From assembly GCA_965228875.1 (NCBI GenBank), contig OZ245843.1:788616-852615 (forward strand): a DNA stretch of 64,000 bases, read 5' to 3'. Source of the DNA: Thalassobaculaceae bacterium (lineage in GTDB: Bacteria; Pseudomonadota; Alphaproteobacteria; Thalassobaculales; Thalassobaculaceae). Position numbers and translations under genes: made by a program. Shown here in pieces: positions 28,600-42,707 of this stretch. Positions within the stretch are counted from its first letter, which is position 1. Every line of letters starts with the position of its first letter. The notes under the pieces were generated by a model. That model did not search any database and was not told the origin of the DNA. It saw only the letters and a program-made list of their open reading frames with translations.

Positions 28600-29121
28600 T
28601 TAGCCGACGATAAGCTGTTTGAGCTGCAGCGCCTCGTGCTCGACCTCGGTCAGCCGGAAGTTCACGACATCGCCGATCGTGACCATGCCGATCAGCGCGC
28701 CGTTCTCCACCACCGGCATGTGGCGGAACCGCCCGTCGCGCATGCGCACGAGAACGGACGTCAGGTCGTCGTCGGGCGTGCAGGTGACGACCTTCCGGAC
28801 CATGACGTCCTCGACCAGCTGCGGCAGGGTTCGCCCCGGTGTATCGGCCAGTTTGCGAACGATGTCGCGCTCCGACAGGATGCCGCAGAGCTTGCCGTCG
28901 TCGTCCGTGACGACAAGGGCGCCGATCCCGTAGTCTCGAAGGACTTCGACGGCGTGGCCCAGCGTCTCCTTCGGTCTGATCGAGATGACGCCGTTGCTCT
29001 TGTGCTTCATCAGCGCCCCGACGTCGGAGCGGGCCACCGCCATGTTGCTGGCCGGCGTTTGGCTATGCGTCTTGTCCTTGGCCTTGTCTTGCCGCATGGG
29101 CGCTTGATACGTGGCTGGCAT
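28600..29121 (-). CDS. CBS-domain protein
   Basis: 'IGALVV..GILSERDIVR' and 'RFRHMPVVENGALIGMVTIGDVV'. Confidence 0.9.
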   Translation of the reverse strand: MPATYQAPMRQDKAKDKTHSQTPASNMAVARSDVGALMKHKSNGVISIRPKETLGHAVEVLRDYGIGALVVTDDDGKLCGILSERDIVRKLADTPGRTLPQLVEDVMVRKVVTCTPDDDLTSVLVRMRDGRFRHMPVVENGALIGMVTIGDVVNFRLTEVEHEALQLKQLIVG

Positions 29122-29254
29122 CCGTCTGCCCCCAGATCGTGATGGCTCGGGTACAATGCTTGGCGCATTCGTCGCCGGGAGCGATCACGTCGGCGCGATG
29201 CGCATCAAGACCTACAGTCTGAGCAAAGTCCGCGATGAGGTAAAGCGTTCGATG

Positions 29255-29494
29255 CTAGGCCGTGCCCGGGCCCATGCGCCGGAGCATCTTGCGGCCGCGC
29301 GGACACTGCAGCCGTTCGCGCAGCGGGCTGTTGGGGTCGATTTCCTTCTGGCAGACCAGACACTGGTCGGCATCGGAGATGGCGTTCAGGCCGCCGCAGC
29401 TCCCCTTGATCGTCCTGCCGCTGAGGATCACCCCCAGCGCCATTGCGACCGTCACGGCGAGCAGCAACAGGAAACCGAAAAGAAACGTCAGCAT
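29255..29494 (-). CDS. nqrM: Na+-NQR maturation factor NqrM
   Basis: TM helix then 'IKGSCGGL..CLVC..C'. Adjacent to apbE and nqr. Confidence 0.82.
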   Translation of the reverse strand: MLTFLFGFLLLLAVTVAMALGVILSGRTIKGSCGGLNAISDADQCLVCQKEIDPNSPLRERLQCPRGRKMLRRMGPGTA

Positions 29495-29519
29495 GTCCGC
29501 AAGCTCCCGCCCGCTCAGG

Positions 29520-30548
29520 CTAGGCGGTGATCGCGTCGAAGCGCGGGCTGGACCACGTCTTGAACCTGACGGAGCCGGCCTGGCTGTCCCGGTCGACGAA
29601 CAGCACGGCGACATCGTGCTCGCGCGCCACGTCGAGGCCCTTCTCGCGTCCGAGAATCAGCATCGCCGTCGCCCAGGCATCGGCCAGCATGGCGTTCTCG
29701 GCCAGAACGGTCGTCGAGGCCGTCCTGTGGGTGATCGGAGCGCCGGTCGTCGGGTCGATGATGTGCGAGAACCGCTTGCCGTCGTTCTCGAAGTAGTTCC
29801 GGTAGTCGCCGGACGACGCCATCCCGAGACCGGAGACGGCCACCACGTCGAGCACGCCGCCGGACAGCGCGACGGGCTTTTCGACGCCGATCTGCCAGGG
29901 CACGCCGTCGGGATTGCGTCCGGAGGCGTAGAGGTCGCCGCCGATCTCCACCATGAAGTCGGTCAGGCCATGCGCCTCGAGGGCGCGGCCGACGTGATCG
30001 GCTCCGAAGCCCTTTCCGATCGCCGACAGGTAGACTTCCGTGTCGGGCTGCGTCTTCCGCAGCGTCGAACCCTCGGCGCGCAGCGTCCTGTCATGGCCGA
30101 CGCGCCGCTTCGCGGCCGCGATCTCGGCGTCGGAGGGCTTACGATAGCCGCCCTTCGCACCGAAGCCCCAGAGATCGATCAGCGGGCCGGCGGTGATGTC
30201 GAAGCGGCCGAGGCTCGAGCTGTGGACATCCGCCGCGGCCTGGACCACCGAAGCCAGCATGCCGGAGGCCCGGAAACCGTCCGCGCCGTCATGGGCGTTG
30301 AACTTGGAGACCTCGGATGACGGCTCCCAGTTCGAGAGCTGCGCATTGACCTCGGCCAACGCGGATTCGACGACGGTGCGAAGGCCGGACTGCGTGAGAT
30401 CGGATGACCCGGAAACCGCCACCACGTTGTAGGTGGTGCCCATCGTTTGGCCGCTCACTTCCTTTACCGCCGGGCCGAATTTGCAGCCGGCGAGGATAAG
30501 TGGCATAGCCATGAAACCACGGCGCGAGATCACAGGCAGATTGGACAC
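29520..30548 (-). CDS. apbE: FAD:protein FMN transferase ApbE (Tat lipoprotein)
   Basis: 'SRRGF..LAGC', 'TMGTTY', 'LSAIGKGF', 'VEIGGD', 'SSGDYRNY', 'SHIIDP', 'ADAWATA'. GTG start with AGAGGA RBS. Confidence 0.93.
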   Translation of the reverse strand: MSNLPVISRRGFMAMPLILAGCKFGPAVKEVSGQTMGTTYNVVAVSGSSDLTQSGLRTVVESALAEVNAQLSNWEPSSEVSKFNAHDGADGFRASGMLASVVQAAADVHSSSLGRFDITAGPLIDLWGFGAKGGYRKPSDAEIAAAKRRVGHDRTLRAEGSTLRKTQPDTEVYLSAIGKGFGADHVGRALEAHGLTDFMVEIGGDLYASGRNPDGVPWQIGVEKPVALSGGVLDVVAVSGLGMASSGDYRNYFENDGKRFSHIIDPTTGAPITHRTASTTVLAENAMLADAWATAMLILGREKGLDVAREHDVAVLFVDRDSQAGSVRFKTWSSPRFDAITA

Positions 30549-30723
30549 GGTACATCCTCTTTCGCATCGGAACGGGGCACATTGGCGAACAGAAAGCTCA
30601 GGTGACGCCCGATTATGGGCTATCCTCCTATCAGAAAATCGGAAAATATGCGGCACCTTAAATCGGCCGGCGCGAACCGTTTTTTGAGGGCCCGGCAATC
30701 ACTCCTGTTTGAGGTTGGATAAC

Positions 30724-32064
30724 GTGAAGCGTTTCACGCTACGCAAAGGGCTCAACATTCCGATCGCCGGACGTCCGAGAGCCGAAATCGATCCGGGCGT
30801 CGCGATTCGGACCGTTGCCATCCTAGGCGATGACTATATCGGTTTGAAGCCACGGGTTCTCGTCGCGGAGGGCGACGAGGTGCAGCCGGGGTCGCCCGTT
30901 CTCATCAACAAGGATCTTCCCGACGTACAGATCGTCTCGCCCGTTGCGGGTCGTGTCAAAGCGATCAACCGCGGCGCCCGGCGTCGACTGATCAGTATCG
31001 AGATCGAGAAGTCCGAGACCGCGGACCCGCTGAACTTCGCCGAGGTCGGCGACGTTTCCACCCGCGAGGGACTGGTCGAACGGATTTGCGCCGCCGGGCT
31101 CTGGACCTCCCTGCGGACGCGTCCGTATTCGAAGGTCCCTGATCCGTCGTCCCGTCCATCAGCGATCTTCGTCACGGCCATGGATACCGAGCCCCTGGCG
31201 GCCGACCCCGCGCCCCTGATCGCGGAAGAGCCGGAGGCGTTCGCCGCGGGGCTTGAGGCCGTCGCCTCCCTGTCCGACGGCGCGACCTTCCTGTGCCACG
31301 CGGCTGACGCGACGCTTCCCGGAAGCGACATCGCGGGGGTTGAGCCGGCGGCGTTCTCGGGGCCGCATCCGGCCGGTCTCGCCGGCACCCATATCCACTT
31401 CCTCGAACCGCCCCGGGCCGACCGGCCGGTCTGGACCATCGGCTACCAGGATGTGATCGTGATCGGCCGGCTGATGCTCACCGGGGTCTACGACGCCCGC
31501 TGCGTCGTGGCCCTCGGAGGTCCCGCCTGCCGCGACCCGCGCCTGGTCCGCACCGTGATGGGCGCGTCGCTGACCGAACTCAGCGCCGGCGACCTGCCGT
31601 CGGACGTGCCGGTCCGGTTGATCTCGGGCTCCGTCCTGAGCGGACGCAACGGGGAGGGGGCAAGCGCCTATCTGGGACGCTATGCGCGCCAGATCACCCT
31701 GATCGAGGAAGACCGGAAGCAGATCCCGATGGGGTGGATCCGGCCGATGTTCTCCAAGTACGCGATCCAGCCCGTTCTCGGTTCGGCCCTGGCGAAACGC
31801 GAGTTTCCGCTGACCTCGAATCTCAACGGCGGGCGCCGCGCCATGGTGCCGTTGGGCACGTTCGAGCAGCTCATGCCCCAGGACTTCCTGCCGACGCAGC
31901 TGTTGCGCGCGATTATCGTGATGGATACCGATCAGGCGCAGCTTCTGGGGGCGCTGGAGCTGGACGAGGAGGACCTGGGATTGGTCGGCTTCGCCTGTCC
32001 CGCCAAGTACGAATACGGGCTCGCCTTGCGTGACTGCCTGACGAAGATCGAGAAAGAGGGCTGA
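30724..32064 (+). CDS. nqrA: Na+-translocating NADH:quinone reductase subunit A
   Basis: 'RKGLNIPIAG', 'LRTRPYSK', 'GPHPAGL', 'LGALELDEEDL', terminal 'IEKEG'. Confidence 0.95.
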   Translation: MKRFTLRKGLNIPIAGRPRAEIDPGVAIRTVAILGDDYIGLKPRVLVAEGDEVQPGSPVLINKDLPDVQIVSPVAGRVKAINRGARRRLISIEIEKSETADPLNFAEVGDVSTREGLVERICAAGLWTSLRTRPYSKVPDPSSRPSAIFVTAMDTEPLAADPAPLIAEEPEAFAAGLEAVASLSDGATFLCHAADATLPGSDIAGVEPAAFSGPHPAGLAGTHIHFLEPPRADRPVWTIGYQDVIVIGRLMLTGVYDARCVVALGGPACRDPRLVRTVMGASLTELSAGDLPSDVPVRLISGSVLSGRNGEGASAYLGRYARQITLIEEDRKQIPMGWIRPMFSKYAIQPVLGSALAKREFPLTSNLNGGRRAMVPLGTFEQLMPQDFLPTQLLRAIIVMDTDQAQLLGALELDEEDLGLVGFACPAKYEYGLALRDCLTKIEKEG

Positions 32065-32067
32065 TCC

Positions 32068-33267
32068 TTGGGCTTGCGTAGCATCTTCGACTCCATCGAA
32101 CCGCACTTCGAGAAGGGCGGGAAGTGGGAGCGATATTTTCCGATCTATGAAATGGTCGAGAGCTTCGCTTTCACTCCCAAGACGGTGACCACCGTCGCGC
32201 CGCATGCGCGGTCGTATATCGATATGAAGCGCATCATGACGTACGTGGTGATCGCGACGATCCCATGCATCCTGATGGCGCTGTACAACACCGGCTACCA
32301 GACCAATCTGGCCATCGCCGAGTTCGGCGCGTCGGGTTGGCGGGCTTGGATCATCGAGACGGCGGGGATCGGTTTCGACCCCAACAACCCGTTCGCCAAC
32401 ATGGTCCACGGCCTGCTCTATTTTCTGCCGATCTACGTGACGACCCTGGTCGCGGGCGGCGTGTTCGAGGTTGTCTTCGCGACCGTCCGAAAACACGAGG
32501 TCAACGAAGGGTTTCTCGTCTCCTCGATGCTTTACGCGTTGATCGTCCCGGCGACCACGCCGCTCTGGCAGGTTGCGCTCGGGATCATCTTCGGCGTCGT
32601 GATCGGCAAGGAGGTGTTCGGAGGGACGGGGAAGAACTTCCTCAACCCGGCGCTGACGGGACGCGCCTTCCTCTATTTCGCCTATCCGGCGCAGCTCTCC
32701 GGAGACAGCGTCTGGGTCCCCGTGGACGGTTTCACCGGGGCGACGGCCCTGGCGGTGTCGGCGGCCGACGGGTTCGAGCAGCTCGCGGCGCGGGGCATGA
32801 CCTGGTGGGACAGCTTCCTGGGTTTCATTCCTGGCTCGATGGGCGAGACCTCCACGCTGGCCTGTCTGATCGGCCTGGCCTTCCTGCTGGCGACGAAGAT
32901 CGCGAACTATCGGATGGTCGTCGGGTGCCTGGCCGGCATGATCGGGTTCTCGCTGCTGCTGAACTGGATCGGGTCGGACACGAACCCGATGTTCGCCATG
33001 CCGTGGCACTGGCATCTGGTCCTCGGCGGCTACGCCTTCGGGCTGGTCTTCATGGTGACGGAGCCCGTGTCGGGGGCCCACACGAACCTGGGCCGGTATT
33101 TCTACGGCGCCCTGATCGGCGTGATGGTGGTGATGATCCGCGTCATCAACCCGGCTTTCCCGGAAGGCATGATGCTGGCCATCCTGTTCGGAAACGTCTT
33201 CGCGCCCCTGATCGACTACTTCGTTGTCCAAGCGAACATCAAACGACGGGCGAAGCGCCATGCCTGA
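32068..33267 (+). CDS. nqrB: Na+-NQR subunit B
   Basis: 'KEVFGGTGKNFLNPA', FMN-attachment motif 'FTGAT', 'PGSMGETS'. Confidence 0.96.
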   Translation: MGLRSIFDSIEPHFEKGGKWERYFPIYEMVESFAFTPKTVTTVAPHARSYIDMKRIMTYVVIATIPCILMALYNTGYQTNLAIAEFGASGWRAWIIETAGIGFDPNNPFANMVHGLLYFLPIYVTTLVAGGVFEVVFATVRKHEVNEGFLVSSMLYALIVPATTPLWQVALGIIFGVVIGKEVFGGTGKNFLNPALTGRAFLYFAYPAQLSGDSVWVPVDGFTGATALAVSAADGFEQLAARGMTWWDSFLGFIPGSMGETSTLACLIGLAFLLATKIANYRMVVGCLAGMIGFSLLLNWIGSDTNPMFAMPWHWHLVLGGYAFGLVFMVTEPVSGAHTNLGRYFYGALIGVMVVMIRVINPAFPEGMMLAILFGNVFAPLIDYFVVQANIKRRAKRHA

Positions 33268-34075
33268 CGACATGAACCAGTCCCCGCCCAAGAGCGCATT
33301 GCGCCGGTTTCTCGACCTGCCGCCGGACTCGGTCCCGAAGACCATCTTCGTCGCCGTCTCCGTGTGTCTGGTCGCCTCCATGATCGTGTCGGCGGCCGCG
33401 GTGGCGCTCCGCCCCCTGCAGGCCGTCAACGCGCTCAAGGACAAGCAGATCAACATCCTCCAGGTGGCCGGTATCTACGATCCGACCGCGGATGTCGTGG
33501 AGGCGTTCAAGGCGTTCGAGCCCAGGGTTCTCGAACTGGACTCCGGCACCTTCACGGATCGGTTCGATCCCGCCTCGTTCGACGACCGAAAGGCGGCCGA
33601 CGATCCGGCGACGTCCGAGGCCCTGGACGAGGATCCGGCCGGCATCGGGCGGCAGGCCGACTTCGTGACCGTCTATCTCCTGCGCGATCAGGACGGCAAG
33701 ATCGACAAGGTGATCCTGCCGATCCATGGCTACGGGCTGTGGTCGACGCTCTACGGCTTCATCGCCCTGGAAGAGAACGGCAACGACATCTACGGCCTCC
33801 AGTTCTACGAGCATGCGGAGACGCCTGGGCTGGGCGCCGAGGTCGACAACCCGCGCTGGAAGGCCCTCTGGAAAGGCAAGAAGCTGGCCGACGAGAACGG
33901 CGAGCTGCAGATCAGCGTGACCAAGACACCGCCCGCGGCCGGCGCCGAGTACCACATCGATGCTCTCGCCGGGGCGACGCTCACCACCGTCGGCGTCCAC
34001 AATCTGGTGAACTTCTGGATGGGTGAAGCGGGGTACGAACCGTTCCTGGAGAACCTTCGGGCAGGAGAAATCTGA
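33260..34075 (+). CDS. nqrC: Na+-NQR subunit C
   Basis: 'GYGLWS', 'ETPGLG', FMN-attachment motif 'DALAGATLT'. Confidence 0.95.
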   Translation: MPDDMNQSPPKSALRRFLDLPPDSVPKTIFVAVSVCLVASMIVSAAAVALRPLQAVNALKDKQINILQVAGIYDPTADVVEAFKAFEPRVLELDSGTFTDRFDPASFDDRKAADDPATSEALDEDPAGIGRQADFVTVYLLRDQDGKIDKVILPIHGYGLWSTLYGFIALEENGNDIYGLQFYEHAETPGLGAEVDNPRWKALWKGKKLADENGELQISVTKTPPAAGAEYHIDALAGATLTTVGVHNLVNFWMGEAGYEPFLENLRAGEI

Positions 34076-34728
34076 TGGCACAGAAACGTGCGGCAATGCT
34101 GACCGACCCGCTGGTCGACAACAACCCGATCACGCTGCAGGTCCTTGGGATCTGTTCGGCGCTCGCGGTGACGTCGTCGCTCCAGGTCGCGTTCGTCATG
34201 GCCGTCGCCGTGACGTTCGTCACCGGATTCTCGTCGATGTTCATCTCGGTGATCCGCAGCCACATTCCCGGATCGATCCGCATCATCGTGCAGATGGTGA
34301 TCATCGCGTCCCTGGTGATCCTGGTCGATCAGCTGCTCAAGGCCTTCGCCTTCGAGATTTCCAAGACGCTGTCGGTGTTCGTCGGCCTCATCATCACCAA
34401 CTGCATCGTCATGGGCCGGGCCGAAGCGTTCGCCATGAAGAACCCGCCGGTCGAGAGCTTCATCGACGGCGTGGGCAACGGCCTAGGCTACGGTCTGATC
34501 CTGATGATGGTCGGCGTCATCCGCGAACTGTTCGGGGCCGGAAGCCTGTTCGGCATCACGCTCCTGGAGACGGTGAACAACGGTGGATGGTACGTGCCTA
34601 ACGGCATGCTGCTGCTGCCCCCGTCGGCGTTCTTCATCATTGGGCTCATCATCTGGGCGTTCCGGTCCTGGAAGCCGGCCCAGGTCGAAGAGCGCGAGTA
34701 CAAAATCCAGACCGTTGAGGCGCACTGA
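34075..34728 (+). CDS. nqrD: Na+-NQR subunit D
   Basis: '[12 protein letters not shown]' and '[15 protein letters not shown]'. Confidence 0.96.
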   Translation: MAQKRAAMLTDPLVDNNPITLQVLGICSALAVTSSLQVAFVMAVAVTFVTGFSSMFISVIRSHIPGSIRIIVQMVIIASLVILVDQLLKAFAFEISKTLSVFVGLIITNCIVMGRAEAFAMKNPPVESFIDGVGNGLGYGLILMMVGVIRELFGAGSLFGITLLETVNNGGWYVPNGMLLLPPSAFFIIGLIIWAFRSWKPAQVEEREYKIQTVEAH

Positions 34729-35336
34729 TGGAAGGTCTCGTCTCTCTCGCCGTCAAAGCCATTTTCGTCGAGAATCTGGCGCTGTCGTTTTTCCTCGGGA
34801 TGTGCACGTTCATCGCCGTCTCGAAGAAGATCTCGACCGCGATCGGCCTGGGCATTTCGGTGATGGTGGTCCAGTCGATCACCGTCCCCGCAAACAACCT
34901 CATCCTGACCTACCTGCTGGCTCCCGGGGCGTTCGCGTGGGCCGGCCTCCCGGATATCGACCTGACGTTTCTGGGGCTGATCTCCTACATCGGGGTTATC
35001 GCCGCGCTGGTGCAGATCCTGGAGATGGTCCTCGATAAGTACTTTCCGCCGCTCTACAACGCGCTGGGCGTGTTCCTGCCGCTCATCACGGTGAACTGCG
35101 CGATCCTCGGCGGGTCGCTGTTCATGGTCGAGCGGGGCTATGACTTCTCCGAATCCGTCACGTACGGCGTGTCCTCGGGCTTCGGCTGGGCGCTGGCCAT
35201 CACCGCCATGGCGGGAGTGCGGGAGAAGCTGAAGTACTCGGACATTCCGGACGGCCTGCAGGGGCTGGGAATCACCTTTATCACCGCTGGGCTGATGGCG
35301 ATGGCATTCATGTCCTTCTCCGGCGTGAAGCTCTGA
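34728..35336 (+). CDS. nqrE: Na+-NQR subunit E
   Basis: '[12 protein letters not shown]' and '[10 protein letters not shown]'. Confidence 0.96.
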   Translation: MEGLVSLAVKAIFVENLALSFFLGMCTFIAVSKKISTAIGLGISVMVVQSITVPANNLILTYLLAPGAFAWAGLPDIDLTFLGLISYIGVIAALVQILEMVLDKYFPPLYNALGVFLPLITVNCAILGGSLFMVERGYDFSESVTYGVSSGFGWALAITAMAGVREKLKYSDIPDGLQGLGITFITAGLMAMAFMSFSGVKL

Positions 35337-35349
35337 AAGGGGTCGTGAC

Positions 35350-36573
35350 ATGATTACGTTCGGCCTCGGCATCACGCTGTTCACCCTTATTGTCATCTCG
35401 CTCGTGACGGTGATCCTGCTTGCGCGGTCCCAGCTCGTCTCGAGCGGTAACGTCACCATCACCATCAACGGCGAGAAGACGATCTCGGTCCCCGCGGGCG
35501 GCAAGCTGCTGCAGACCCTCGCGGAGCAGAAGCTGTTCGTCCCGTCGGCATGCGGCGGAGGCGGTACCTGCGCCCAGTGCCGCGTGCGGATTCATTCGGG
35601 CGGCGGGACGATCCTGCCGACGGAAGAAAGCCACATCACCAAGCGCGAGGCCTCGTGCGGCGACCGGCTGTCCTGTCAGGTCGCCGTGAAGCAGGACATG
35701 GAGGTCGAGGTTCCCGAAGAGGTGTTCGGCGTCAAGAAGTGGGAATGCGAAGTCATCTCGAACGAGAACGTCGCGACCTTCATCAAGGCGCTGATCCTCA
35801 AGCTGCCGGAGGGCGAGGACGTCAACTTCAGGGCGGGCGGCTACATCCAGATCGAGGCGCCGGTGCACCATGTGAAGTACAGCGACTTCGACGTGGAGGA
35901 GGAATACCGGGAGGACTGGGACAAGTTCAATCTGTGGCAGTACGAGTCGGTCGTCGACGAGCCGCTCGAGCGCGCGTACTCGATGGCGAACTATCCGGAC
36001 GAGAAGGGCATCATCATGCTCAATGTCCGCGTCGCCTCGCCGCCGCCGCGCTCGGAGGGCATTCCGCCGGGCAAGATGTCGTCCTACATCTTCAACCTGA
36101 AACCCGGCGACAAGGTCACGATCTCCGGACCGTTCGGCGAGTTCTTCGCCCGCGAGACCAAGAAGGAGATGGTCTTCATCGGCGGCGGCGCCGGCATGGC
36201 GCCGATGCGCAGCCATATCTTCGACCAGCTCAAGCGCCTGGAGAACCGAGACCGGAAGATCACGTTCTGGTACGGCGCCCGTTCGAAGCGGGAGATGTTC
36301 TTCGTCGACGACTTCAACGAACTCGCCGAGCAGTTCGACAACTTCGAGTGGCATGTGGCGCTGTCCGATGCGCTGCCGGACGACGAGTGGACCGGCTACA
36401 CCGGCTTCATCCACAACGTGTTGTACGAAGAGTATCTGAAGGACCACCCGGCGCCTGAGGATTGCGAGTACTACATGTGCGGTCCGCCCATCATGAACCA
36501 GTCCGTGATCAACATGCTCCTGGAACTGGGCGTGGACCGCGACGACATCATGCTGGACGACTTCGGCGGCTGA
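35350..36573 (+). CDS. nqrF: Na+-NQR subunit F
   Basis: 2Fe-2S motif '[12 protein letters not shown]', 'RAYSMAN', 'GGGAGMAP', terminal 'DDFGG'. Confidence 0.97.
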   Translation: MITFGLGITLFTLIVISLVTVILLARSQLVSSGNVTITINGEKTISVPAGGKLLQTLAEQKLFVPSACGGGGTCAQCRVRIHSGGGTILPTEESHITKREASCGDRLSCQVAVKQDMEVEVPEEVFGVKKWECEVISNENVATFIKALILKLPEGEDVNFRAGGYIQIEAPVHHVKYSDFDVEEEYREDWDKFNLWQYESVVDEPLERAYSMANYPDEKGIIMLNVRVASPPPRSEGIPPGKMSSYIFNLKPGDKVTISGPFGEFFARETKKEMVFIGGGAGMAPMRSHIFDQLKRLENRDRKITFWYGARSKREMFFVDDFNELAEQFDNFEWHVALSDALPDDEWTGYTGFIHNVLYEEYLKDHPAPEDCEYYMCGPPIMNQSVINMLLELGVDRDDIMLDDFGG

Positions 36574-36715
36574 CCATGCCGGATCCGGCCGGGCGCGGGT
36601 GCCTGGCCGGCCTTCCCCCAGGGCCTTCGACGGTGGTGCCCCGCCTCGCGGTGTCGCGGACCGGTGACTGCTGCCTCCGGCACGGTCGGCAACCCATCTG
36701 ACGGAGAGACGGCGC

Positions 36716-37858
36716 ATGGACTGGATGGATCTGGAATTCGATGCCGAGGCCATCGCGTCCGGGATCGCGAAATGGGTCGCCGTCGAAAGCCCGAGCTACG
36801 ACGCCACGGCGGTCAACCGGATGATGGATCTGGCCTCGGAGCACATGGCGGCGCTCGGAGCCGAGATTACGCGCTTTCCGGGCGCCGAAGGGTTCGGCGA
36901 TGTGGTCAAGGCGCATTTCCCCTGGGGAAAAGGGCCGGGGCTGATGATCCTGGGCCACCTGGACACGGTCCATCTGGTGGGGACCCTCGCCGAGAGCCTG
37001 CCTCTGCGGCGGGAGGGGGACCTGCTCTACGGACCGGGCGCTCAGGATATGAAGGGCGGCATGTTCCTCGCCGTTCATGTGCTGGGAGAGATCATTGCCA
37101 GGCGTGGCCCGTTGCCCGTTCCGGTGACCGTTCTGTTCATTCCGGACGAGGAACTGGGCAGCCCCTCGAGCCGCGAGGTGATCGAGCGGGAAGCGCAGGC
37201 CTGCAAGGCGGTGCTGGTCCCCGAGCCCGGCAAGGGAGACAAGCTGGTAACCGGACGTCACGCCTTCCTGCGCTACCGCATCCGGGTGACCGGAAAACCG
37301 GCGCATGCCGGCGTCGCGAGCGGTGTCGGACGCAGCGCCATTTCGGCGATGGCGCGTCTGGTGGCGGAGATCGAGGCCATGAGCGACGTTGAGCGGGAAG
37401 TGACCTACCGGGTGGGCAACATCCGGGGGGGCACCTTCGTCAACGTGATTCCCACGCTCTGCGAGGCTGAGGCTCTGTGCGTTGCACCGACCCAGGACGC
37501 GGTGGCCCTGATCCAGGACCGGATGGCGGGTCTGGCCTCCCCGGATCCGGAGGTGGCGCTTGAAGTCATCCCGGGACCTGTTCGTCCATTGTTCCAGGCA
37601 AGCGAGGGCAATCTGGAACTCTACGAGGTGGGCGCACGGGTCGCCAAGGAACTGGGGTTGGACCTGGGGCACGGCCAGTTCGGTGGCGGCAGCGACGGGA
37701 ACTTCACCGGGGCCCTGGGTATTCCCACCCTGGATGGGCTTGGTGTCGTGGGCGCGGGACTGCACACCAAGGAGGAGCACATCAGCGTCTCCCAACTGAC
37801 GACCCGCGCGCGACTGTTCGCCGGTGTCCTTTGCGAGCTGTCCGTCCGGAACAGATAG
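36716..37858 (+). CDS. M20-family metallopeptidase (glutamate carboxypeptidase-like)
   Basis: 'GHLDTV', 'GPGAQDMKGG', 'PDEELGS', 'GGSDGN', 'GLHTKEE'. Confidence 0.9.
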   Translation: MDWMDLEFDAEAIASGIAKWVAVESPSYDATAVNRMMDLASEHMAALGAEITRFPGAEGFGDVVKAHFPWGKGPGLMILGHLDTVHLVGTLAESLPLRREGDLLYGPGAQDMKGGMFLAVHVLGEIIARRGPLPVPVTVLFIPDEELGSPSSREVIEREAQACKAVLVPEPGKGDKLVTGRHAFLRYRIRVTGKPAHAGVASGVGRSAISAMARLVAEIEAMSDVEREVTYRVGNIRGGTFVNVIPTLCEAEALCVAPTQDAVALIQDRMAGLASPDPEVALEVIPGPVRPLFQASEGNLELYEVGARVAKELGLDLGHGQFGGGSDGNFTGALGIPTLDGLGVVGAGLHTKEEHISVSQLTTRARLFAGVLCELSVRNR

Positions 37859-38053
37859 GCCCCCTGGCCGTAGGGGCCGCACATCCCGAGACGGCCCTGC
37901 CGAGTCGGCCTGACGGCACAACCCATGTGACCGGTTCGGGACCGATTGGCGGGTCCCGCTCTCGGAGGCCGTGGAGCCTATCCCGCGGCGGCCGGGCGAC
38001 GCGCGGGATCGTCGGGCTCCCAGTTCCCCCCCCCGATGCGGAGCACATCGCGA

Positions 38054-38100
38054 TAACTAGATGTTGACGTGATGGCATCAGATCGCCCAATATGATGTGG
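38054..38100 (+). promoter_or_regulatory. Tandem NrdR boxes
   Basis: TAACTAGATGTTGACG (38054-38069) and GCCCAATATGATGTGG (38085-38100), 31 bp apart, matching acaCwAtATaTwGtg. Upstream of the nrd operon. Confidence 0.7.
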
Positions 38101-38267
38101 TCTTGGTGCCCACGCGATGTCGTGGGTGAAAAGGGAAGCCGGTGAAGAACCGGCGCTGCCCCCGCAACTGTGAGCGGCGAGTTCGGGCCTGATCGTGCCA
38201 CTGGCATCTCGATGCCGGGAAGGCGGGCCGGAGCGCTGGAGCCGCGAGCCAGGAGACCTGCCAGGAC
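38098..38267 (+). ncRNA. Cobalamin (AdoCbl) riboswitch
   Basis: AAAAGGGAAGCCGGTG, CTGCCCCCGCAACTGT, GCCACTG..CCGGGAAGG, and B12 box AGCCAGGAGACCTGCC. Confidence 0.95.
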
Positions 38268-38385
38268 GAGAACGAAACCGGGCGGAGGGTCCGGAGATAT
38301 CGTCTCAGCCGCGGCCCGGATGTCGTGGCGGATCGTGTCTCCGATCTTTCCGGCCCACTGGGCATACCGAGCAGGAGACCCGTCG

Positions 38386-38607
38386 ATGGCCGTGACCGTT
38401 TATTCCAAGCCCGCTTGCGTGCAGTGCACCGCCACCACCCGCGCGCTCGCCGCCCGGGGGATCGAGTTCGATCTGGTCGACCTGACCGAGGACCTCGAGG
38501 CCATGGAGAGGGTGACCGCGTTGGGGTACCGCCAGGCCCCGGTGGTCATGGTCGGCGACGATCACTGGGCCGGGTTCCGCCCCGACAAGATCAGCGCGCT
38601 CGGCTGA
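38386..38607 (+). CDS. nrdH: Glutaredoxin-like NrdH
   Basis: '[24 protein letters not shown]'. RBS AGGAG. Confidence 0.95.
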   Translation: MAVTVYSKPACVQCTATTRALAARGIEFDLVDLTEDLEAMERVTALGYRQAPVVMVGDDHWAGFRPDKISALG

Positions 38608-39000
38608 GGAAGCCGTGGGCGGGCTCGTCTACTTCTCCTCGCGGTCGGGCAATACGGACCGCTTCGTCGCCCGTCTGGGGCTGGCGGCGGAGCGGATCCC
38701 CATCGCGGCGGAGGATGAGATGCCGGTCGCGCGTGCACCGTTCGTGCTGATTTCGCCGACCTATTCCGACGGGCAGGGGCGCGGGGCCGTCCACAAACAG
38801 GTGATCCGGTTCCTGAACGACCCGGTTTCCCGCCGCAATCTCCGTGGCGTCGTCGCTGCGGGCAACAGGAATTTCGGGGTGCATTTCGCGCTCGCGGGCG
38901 ACGTGGTCGCGCAGAAATGCGGCGTACCGCTGCTCTATCGGTTCGAGCTGGCGGGAACCGACATCGACGTCGAGCGTGTCAGAGAAGGATTGGACAGGTT

Positions 39001-42166
<3,166 letters not shown>

Positions 42167-42167
<1 letters not shown>

Positions 42168-42577
42168 TGGCGAGAGACACGCTCGAGATCGTCCGGGAAT
42201 GGCATGAGGCCTTCGACGTTCCGGTGGCCGATGGTCCGACGCTTCCCGAGGCGCGCGCCGGGATGCGGCTGGCGATCCTGGAGGAGGAGATGGCGGAACT
42301 GCGCCAGGCGGTCGAGGCGGGCGATCTGGTCGAAGTGCTCGACGCGCTCTGCGACATTCAGTACGTGCTCGACGGCACGTTCCTGGAGTTCGGCATGCAC
42401 CGCATCAAGGCGGCGGCGATGGCCGAGGTCCATGCCTCGAACTTGTCCAAGCTCGGCACCGATGGCCGCCCGGTGCTTCGCGGCGACGGCAAGGTCCTGA
42501 AAGGACCGAACTTCATCCGTCCTTCCCTGGCGCGCCTGCTTTGTAGAGCAGATCACGATCAGATGGATTCGATCTGA
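42167..42577 (+). CDS. MazG-like/PRA-PH nucleoside triphosphate pyrophosphohydrolase
   Basis: 'LEEEMAEL..EVLDALCDIQYV..EVHASNLSK..DGKVLKGPN'. TGATG coupling to nrdF. Confidence 0.85.
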
Positions 42578-42707
42578 AGCGATCGCACTCCAGGCATCGG
42601 ACGCCGGAGGCGCGGAGGACCTGCCGTGGGGGACGCCGCTGTCTGGCGTGGGCGGACACCCCGGCTCTTCTCCCTCTCAACGTTCCGCCATGGCCGAGAG
42701 GCGAATT

